IMG/VR virus record: IMGVR_UViG_3300037419_001523 | Length of the DNA: 20,000 bases | Source: an uncultured virus (IMG/VR IMGVR_UViG_3300037419_001523) | Taxonomy: Duplodnaviria > Heunggongvirae > Uroviricota > Caudoviricetes | Reading direction: 5' to 3' (one strand) | Shown here: positions 15,061-20,000 of the stretch, one piece after another | How positions within the stretch are numbered: the first letter of the stretch is position 1 | Layout of the letters: every line of letters begins with the position of its first letter | The notes under the pieces: generated by a model | Told to the model about the DNA's origin: nothing | Seen by the model: the letters and a program-made list of their open reading frames with translations, nothing else | The model's database searches: none | Translations under genes and position numbers: made by a program

Positions 15061-16659
15061 TTATGAAGTAAGCCTTAGTAATTCCTCTGCTCTCAATATG
15101 TAGAATGATTGATTATTATATACTTTGTTGTATGATTCTTTACCTTCAAATTGATCAATAACTTCTTTTTCCTCGTTTGACATGTCTGTATATTTTTGTT
15201 TTCCATATGAAGGAGGAAGCCACATTTTAGATTTCGCTGCAGTCAAATTGAATTTATGCAATAAATCCATACTTTTGAATTCCAGATGACATGTTCCTTT
15301 TTTATAGAAGGTTAGAAAAAAGTACCGAGTTTCTATTTTCTTTGTTTTCCCTGTTTCTTCCGCATGTTTTAATACTTCTTTTAAGTCAATATCGTTTGTT
15401 GTACCATTATCTAAGTAACTGAATGTACGTTCAATATCTCTTAATTTATCATAGCATCTGTAGTGACTAGGCTCATATCTGCCCCAAGTATACTGCATGT
15501 CATAATATCCATTTAACGGAATTACTACACGCTTGTTAATTTTATAAGCACTATTACTCTTCCAACCGTTCCAAAGATGCACGTTTTTACTTGATTCATC
15601 ATAATAATGGTGTTTATGACTTAATTCCTCAAACAAATTTAAAATTGTATCCTCTACGCCCTGCACCATTTCTTTACTTAGTTGTATTCTTAACGTATAG
15701 ATATTATAGAAAGAAAAGTCATAATCCTTTAATTCTTCCACCATTTCGTTATATTTCTGTTTTAGATTTGACGTAAAAAGTCCCATAAATTGATCATTAT
15801 TAAATAACGCTTTCCAATACTTACTTCTAATTTGCTTAATATATGCGTTCTCTATTGTGCTGCTATCATCCTTGTAGTCCAATTCCAATTTGAGTACAGG
15901 ACTATCACTGTCAAAGCTTCTTAGCATTAATGGGCGGAGACTGTTATACTCATTAATTAACTTGAGTCCAGCTTTCACTTCATATTCATACTGTGATACA
16001 ATCCCTTTAATAAAATCAGATTCTATTAAATGAGTAGATTCATATTCTTTTACATTATGAATCTCTTCTTTTTTCAGTTCATTAATAATTGTACTGTCAT
16101 AGGGTTGTTTCTCAATGTGAATGGTCACAAGAGCCACAGTCACACCTGTTGAACGCTCACTGTTTACAAAAGCATTATCAATAAATTCCACTTCCGCATT
16201 ATACTTTTCCAATTGTCTAATTAATTCTTTTCTTGTATTACTGTATGGATTACGTAATGTATCTGCGTTAATTAATGCAACTATAGAGCCACCCCTTAGT
16301 TGAAGTCCAATTGAATGTAATAAACATTTATCCCCAATGCTAAACGGAAAGTTTGCAATAATACAGTCGTACTTTTTATATGAGTTGTACGTAAGGAAAT
16401 TGTCATGGGTAACTCGATAACCTTTTGATTTTAATATTGCCTGTAAATTAGGATCAATCTCCACACAATCCACATCATATTTCTTTGTATGTCTATATCT
16501 TTGAGTTAATTCAAATTGTTTTAAAATTCCCTCGACTAAATCCCCTTTTCCAGCAGATGGTTCTAAGCAACTTTTAACCTTCTCCCATTTAATTTTACTA
16601 AACATCTTTCTTTGTAAATGCAAAGGAGTTGGATAAAAATCAGGATTTTCTTTAAACAT
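15061..16659 (-). CDS. Class I SAM-dependent (N6-adenine-type) methyltransferase fused to a DUF4942-like domain
   Basis: FYPTP, LEPSAGKG, motif IV ANFPF; C-terminal NGWKSN...YFFLTFYKKGTCHLEF typical of DUF4942 proteins. Confidence 0.85.
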   Translation of the reverse strand: MFKENPDFYPTPLHLQRKMFSKIKWEKVKSCLEPSAGKGDLVEGILKQFELTQRYRHTKKYDVDCVEIDPNLQAILKSKGYRVTHDNFLTYNSYKKYDCIIANFPFSIGDKCLLHSIGLQLRGGSIVALINADTLRNPYSNTRKELIRQLEKYNAEVEFIDNAFVNSERSTGVTVALVTIHIEKQPYDSTIINELKKEEIHNVKEYESTHLIESDFIKGIVSQYEYEVKAGLKLINEYNSLRPLMLRSFDSDSPVLKLELDYKDDSSTIENAYIKQIRSKYWKALFNNDQFMGLFTSNLKQKYNEMVEELKDYDFSFYNIYTLRIQLSKEMVQGVEDTILNLFEELSHKHHYYDESSKNVHLWNGWKSNSAYKINKRVVIPLNGYYDMQYTWGRYEPSHYRCYDKLRDIERTFSYLDNGTTNDIDLKEVLKHAEETGKTKKIETRYFFLTFYKKGTCHLEFKSMDLLHKFNLTAAKSKMWLPPSYGKQKYTDMSNEEKEVIDQFEGKESYNKVYNNQSFYILRAEELLRLTS

Positions 16660-16691
16660 TTTAAATCCCCCTTAATTAACTTGTTACCTAT

Positions 16692-16720
16692 ATTTTACAC
16701 TTTATTTTATGTTATAGCAA
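16692..16720 (-). promoter_or_regulatory. sigmaA promoter of the methyltransferase operon
   Basis: TTGCTA-17 bp-TAAAAT. Confidence 0.65.
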
Positions 16721-16769
16721 GTTATTTATCTTTAAATTTCTAATACAATGTAAATTTTATAAGGTAAAG

Positions 16770-16796
16770 AAAAAAGCCAGTCTAAATTAGACTGGT
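16770..16796 (-). terminator. Intrinsic terminator
   Basis: CCAGTCTAA/TTAGACTGG inverted repeat plus - strand T-tract. Confidence 0.8.
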
Positions 16797-16798
16797 GT

Positions 16799-16945
16799 CT
16801 ATTTAATCCGTTTCGCAATTAAGTTGCCTATACCTACTCCAATTAGTGTAGCAATAAGAGAAATAATGTCATAGCCTCCACTATATAAACTTACCGCAAA
16901 CCAACCAACAATACCACCTATAAGTGAAAATAACAATGATTTCAT
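16799..16945 (-). CDS. Small two-TM membrane protein (48 aa)
   Basis: RBS GAGGAGGG; MKSLLFSLIGGIVGWFAVSLYSGGYDIISLIATLIGVGIGNLIAKRIK. Confidence 0.75.
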   Translation of the reverse strand: MKSLLFSLIGGIVGWFAVSLYSGGYDIISLIATLIGVGIGNLIAKRIK

Positions 16946-17137
16946 TTACTTTCCCTCCTCTTTAATAAATATATATTAAATATAATAATAAATATTCCTT
17001 CAATAAAATTTATAAGTATTAATTATTTTTGTTTTAATTTGAAATTGTGATTTTATAAGAAAAATTAGGCTCTCACGCTACATATAAGCCCCATACAATC
17101 GTGTTAGGATCAATCTAATACAATTACATATATAAAG

Positions 17138-17159
17138 AAAAAAGCCTTGTTATAGGCTT
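17138..17159 (-). terminator. Intrinsic terminator
   Basis: AAGCCT-ATAACA-AGGCTTTTTT on the - strand. Confidence 0.7.
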
Positions 17160-17196
17160 AAAATTTATTTCGTCATATGTTCGGATTGTGACATAA

Positions 17197-17364
17197 CTAA
17201 TCTTTCTTTTTTACCCATGCCAAACCCACTTGAAACGGACTGAAAAGGTTATCTTTTCTAACACCGACTATTGTTTCATTTTCCAAAATAGCTAATACAA
17301 TAGCCTCAAATGGTGGATTTTCATTATCATTGACTATAATTTCATCGCCTTTTTTAATTTCCAA
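17197..17364 (-). CDS. Small beta-rich hypothetical protein (55 aa)
   Basis: RBS AAGGAGTGA + TTG; MEIKKGDEIIVNDNENPPFEAIVLAILENETIVGVRKDNLFSPFQVGLAWVKKKD. Confidence 0.7.
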   Translation of the reverse strand: MEIKKGDEIIVNDNENPPFEAIVLAILENETIVGVRKDNLFSPFQVGLAWVKKKD

Positions 17365-17421
17365 TTCACTCACTCCTTATGTCGTAATATGATTCTATAA
17401 TCCAATAAGTGTTTAATTTAA

Positions 17422-17583
17422 TTAGAAAATTAATCCATCTTCTTTTATCTTCTTACACATTTGAACAATGAACAGACTTACTATTTGTTTGGTCTCTTCC
17501 TCTGATTTACCTTGTTTTCTTGAAGTATCTACAATGTTTTCAATTTTATCTTTTTGATTAAGTATATAAGTCATTCCGTACAT
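17422..17583 (-). CDS. Small hypothetical protein (53 aa)
   Basis: RBS GGGAGGT; MYGMTYILNQKDKIENIVDTSRKQGKSEEETKQIVSLFIVQMCKKIKEDGLIF. Confidence 0.7.
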   Translation of the reverse strand: MYGMTYILNQKDKIENIVDTSRKQGKSEEETKQIVSLFIVQMCKKIKEDGLIF

Positions 17584-17608
17584 AATTAACCTCCCAAGGA
17601 ATAGAGAC

Positions 17609-17803
17609 TCAATTATGAGCCTCTATGTAGTTAATTGCCTTTTGTGCAAATTCCATCATTTTTACATCATCTGATTTATAAGCAAATCCGAAAATTTGTA
17701 TTAGTTTATCTCTCAATGATAGTTCTAAGAAATATTTTAAAATCTCATTTGGCATAACTTGAGTTAAAAGATCGTTAACCTTGTTTTCGATTTCTTTAAT
17801 CAT
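17609..17803 (-). CDS. Hypothetical phage protein (64 aa)
   Basis: ORF track; RBS AAGGAGTGG. Confidence 0.75.
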   Translation of the reverse strand: MIKEIENKVNDLLTQVMPNEILKYFLELSLRDKLIQIFGFAYKSDDVKMMEFAQKAINYIEAHN

Positions 17804-17845
17804 TTCTTATCCACTCCTTAAAATATCATTTGTTTTATTAACTAA

Positions 17846-17874
17846 ATTTTACCACTCACTTTATTATATGTCAA
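17846..17874 (-). promoter_or_regulatory. Strong sigmaA promoter
   Basis: TTGACA-17 bp-TAAAAT with extended TGn. Confidence 0.75.
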
Positions 17875-17885
17875 TTTATTTTTGA

Positions 17886-18188
17886 TTAATAAGAGGAAAT
17901 TTTTATCAATTCATCAAATGTATTTAAAACATTTTCAGCCCATCTCATAGTATCAGAAACAGTCATTTCGGAAGTAGCATAATCAAAAGTCATATACCCT
18001 AAAAATTCTTTTATTCCATTAATTTTCTCTTTCATTTTTTCACCTCTGAAAAATTCATTCAATACATATATTTTCCCTGATTCATCTACTCCCATCAGTA
18101 AACTATATTCTCCATCTTGAGAAAATACAATTGTAAGTTTCTTTCCATTCAACCCTTTATAATTTAAAGGTTTAATATTCTGAAACAC
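17886..18188 (-). CDS. Hypothetical phage protein (100 aa), possibly two fused small genes
   Basis: ORF track; internal RBS AGAGGTGA with in-frame ATG at 18035. Confidence 0.7.
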   Translation of the reverse strand: MFQNIKPLNYKGLNGKKLTIVFSQDGEYSLLMGVDESGKIYVLNEFFRGEKMKEKINGIKEFLGYMTFDYATSEMTVSDTMRWAENVLNTFDELIKISSY

Positions 18189-18203
18189 ATTTTCTCCCTC
18201 CTG

Positions 18204-18923
18204 TTATGCTGATCTTATCCAGCTTCCTATTTTGTAATCTGTTATATATCCATCTTTTTCAATGGTCGCTGTTATGAGTTCTTTCAATTTATCCGAGTAA
18301 AGATTTAAAGTTTCCTGTAATGTATCCAGTGCATCTTTTTTAGTTCTTTTTACGTTAATTACTGTCTTTCCTGTACTCTTTTCATGAATTGCATAGTATT
18401 TACTTGATTGCACTAAGTAAAAATCAAAGTCATCAATTAAAATTCTTTTTCCTTCCCTTTCTTCCACTTTACCCATATAACCTCTAATAAGGATTGTTTC
18501 AGATTCTTTACTTACTTTGAAATTTCGGTGTTTAGTTTCTGTTATTGAATTATTTTCATTTACAATTTCAATTGTTTCTTGTACTGGTTCAAATTCTTCA
18601 TTTACTGGTGTTCCTGTTACTTCTTCAACTTGTTCAGGAATTTCACTTTCAATAGTTAATCCATAGATATTAAAAACGTCTGTTATATCAGATAAAAGCC
18701 CATCTTGCTTAGTTTCCATTGTGTTTAAATACTTTTCAACTTTGGTATGTAGTTCTGTTAAATCCATTGATGATATAGACTTTTTACCTGTTCTTTTGCT
18801 AGGATCAATTATGGTTGCCACATAACGAATTTCTTTAGTTTCACAATTTTTCTCTAATGAAATTTTAAATTGACCATTTTTACCAGCATTTCCTTTTCGT
18901 TCTGAATACCACGGATAACCCAT
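18204..18923 (-). CDS. Hypothetical phage protein (239 aa) with an acidic central linker
   Basis: ORF track; RBS AGGGAGG; E/T/P-rich middle segment. Confidence 0.85.
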   Translation of the reverse strand: MGYPWYSERKGNAGKNGQFKISLEKNCETKEIRYVATIIDPSKRTGKKSISSMDLTELHTKVEKYLNTMETKQDGLLSDITDVFNIYGLTIESEIPEQVEEVTGTPVNEEFEPVQETIEIVNENNSITETKHRNFKVSKESETILIRGYMGKVEEREGKRILIDDFDFYLVQSSKYYAIHEKSTGKTVINVKRTKKDALDTLQETLNLYSDKLKELITATIEKDGYITDYKIGSWIRSA

Positions 18924-18969
18924 TTTAAATTCCTCCCTAATGGATATGTAATAACTTATCTTTAATGTA

Positions 18970-18998
18970 ATTATAAACCATAAATATATAAAAGTAAA
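18970..18998 (-). promoter_or_regulatory. sigmaA promoter
   Basis: TTTACT-17 bp-TATAAT. Confidence 0.65.
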
Positions 18999-19092
18999 TA
19001 CTTTTGATTATTTATTTTTAAATTAATTCAGGTTATTTTTAATACTTTCTACATAAATTATAAATATTATCGAGAAATTAAAGGGTGAAAAA

Positions 19093-19260
19093 ATGGAGAA
19101 CATTATATCGAATTCATTTATATATGCATCAATGATAAAACACACAATGGCTATCATCGTTTGTCTATTATTTCAAGAGTATGGATTATTGTTTAGTGAA
19201 ACTTCCTATATGAGTATGTGGATGTTTTTAATCCTGCTTCTTAAATTAGCTGAAGATTAA
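19093..19260 (+). CDS. Small hydrophobic protein (55 aa), only plausible + strand gene
   Basis: RBS AAGGGTGA; MENIISNSFIYASMIKHTMAIIVCLLFQEYGLLFSETSYMSMWMFLILLLKLAED. Confidence 0.45.
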   Translation: MENIISNSFIYASMIKHTMAIIVCLLFQEYGLLFSETSYMSMWMFLILLLKLAED

Positions 19261-19333
19261 AGAAAAAATTTTGTGTATAAAAAATTTTAATCTTGTTTAT
19301 AATTTTCAAGACTGGTCATGTTGTTATGTATGA

Positions 19334-19504
19334 TTACCAATTATAATTATTTTCACGGTACATAGTTGTTAGCTGCTTTTCGATCTTCTTTAATTCATTT
19401 AAATTTTCATATGTATTTCTTTGTTGAAATATTTGCCGTTCTAAATAGTCCCATTCAAGTAATAATTTAACCGTATCAGATTTATTTTTATTGCTATTGT
19501 ACAT
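19334..19504 (-). CDS. Small hypothetical protein (56 aa)
   Basis: RBS GGAGGT; MYNSNKNKSDTVKLLLEWDYLERQIFQQRNTYENLNELKKIEKQLTTMYRENNYNW. Confidence 0.65.
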   Translation of the reverse strand: MYNSNKNKSDTVKLLLEWDYLERQIFQQRNTYENLNELKKIEKQLTTMYRENNYNW

Positions 19505-19736
19505 TGTAACTACCTCCAGTTATAAACCTTGATTTAACAACGTTTCTGCTAATCCGATTTCATGCAAGGGTAAAAAGAAATTGTGCAAAGGTGAAAAGAT
19601 TTAATGCAACATTGATTGGCATGTATATATAAATACTTTAATAATCAATAAATAATCATATAATAATCAGTATTTTCAAACGTCAATTAATTTCCGTTTG
19701 AGGATAAACTTTTTCAATTGTTATGTATAATTATCT

Positions 19737-20000
19737 TTATGATAAATTATCAACTAATACATGATAATGATTATTATATTTTGTAAATGTTATAGGCTCA
19801 TCCAATAAATTATATTCCCCTACATATTCAAGCTTATGTTTTGTTACCTTCAGCAGATTATTTTTTACTAATGTATCATTATATTTTGTTATGGTATCCT
19901 TATTTAATCCTAGAGCCTTTGAAGTTGTTTCAATTGCTGGATATGCAATTTGTTTGATCTGTTCATCTGTCCTATTTATAAATGAATTGTAATAGAAAAA
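19737..20000 (-). CDS. C-terminal part of a winged-helix DNA-binding protein (start outside the window)
   Basis: ...IAYPAIETTSKALGLNKDTITKYNDTLVKNNLLKV... matches the AYPSxxxxxxxxGxSxxT wHTH pattern. Confidence 0.7.
   Translation of the reverse strand, partial: FFYYNSFINRTDEQIKQIAYPAIETTSKALGLNKDTITKYNDTLVKNNLLKVTKHKLEYVGEYNLLDEPITFTKYNNHYHVLVDNLS

Larger units (their letters stand above)
16744..17055. repeat. Pair of TRAAA-N6-TTTYA sites flanking a single-gene unit
   Basis: TACAA-TGTAAA-TTTTA at 16744 (1 mismatch) and TGAAA-TTGTGA-TTTTA at 17040; both followed by TAAG. Confidence 0.55.

Noticed and set aside
701..16303. + strand ORF-track calls 701..943, 2504..2734, 3351..3569, 4434..4700, 9841..10233, 13077..13304, 15591..15776 and 16121..16303
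   Set aside because: Antisense shadows of better-supported - strand genes; no convincing RBS seen, and several have the F/S/I-rich composition of reverse frames.
2277..17055. CRISPR array or classical integron attC interpretation of the repeats
   Set aside because: Repeats are only 16 bp with 5-bp arms and are separated by whole genes; no GTTRRRY/RYYYAAC boxes or long attC hairpins; no cas genes.
17819..17834. Possible additional junction site TAAAA-TATCAT-TTGTT
   Set aside because: Two mismatches in one arm in very AT-rich DNA; indistinguishable from background.
1..20000. Strand enrichment of MazF UACAU sites in phage transcripts
   Set aside because: A rough manual count gave similar numbers on both strands (about 39 versus 36), near what base composition predicts.
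1..20000. tRNA, rRNA, IS elements or phage structural genes
   Set aside because: None recognisable in this window.

Overview
An AT-rich segment of an SPbeta-like temperate phage or prophage from a Bacillaceae host, almost entirely encoded on the - strand. Recognisable core parts are a YopQ/SroE-like DGxHR (DndB/ParB-like) gene cut by the window edge, a YopP/SroD-like tyrosine recombinase with intact catalytic motifs, and an arbitrium module. That module comprises aimR, an unannotated 51-aa aimP ending ...YVDPGGGGA, a UUCG hairpin, and a Cys-rich ORF in the aimX position. The window also holds an HNH nuclease, YopX, an FxLYD membrane protein, a ribbon-helix-helix protein, a DUF4942-type methyltransferase and a candidate type I toxin-antitoxin locus. 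About 45 further small ORFs lie in operons driven by sigmaA-type promoters. The most striking unexplained signal is a 16-bp palindromic site, TRAAA-N6-TTTYA, with a different spacer in every copy. It occurs about 22 times, nearly always between the stop codon of one small gene and the RBS of the next, and I did not find it at core-gene junctions. This resembles an integron-like gene-cassette array beside an apparently active tyrosine recombinase. All calls come from reading the sequence; no database searches were run.
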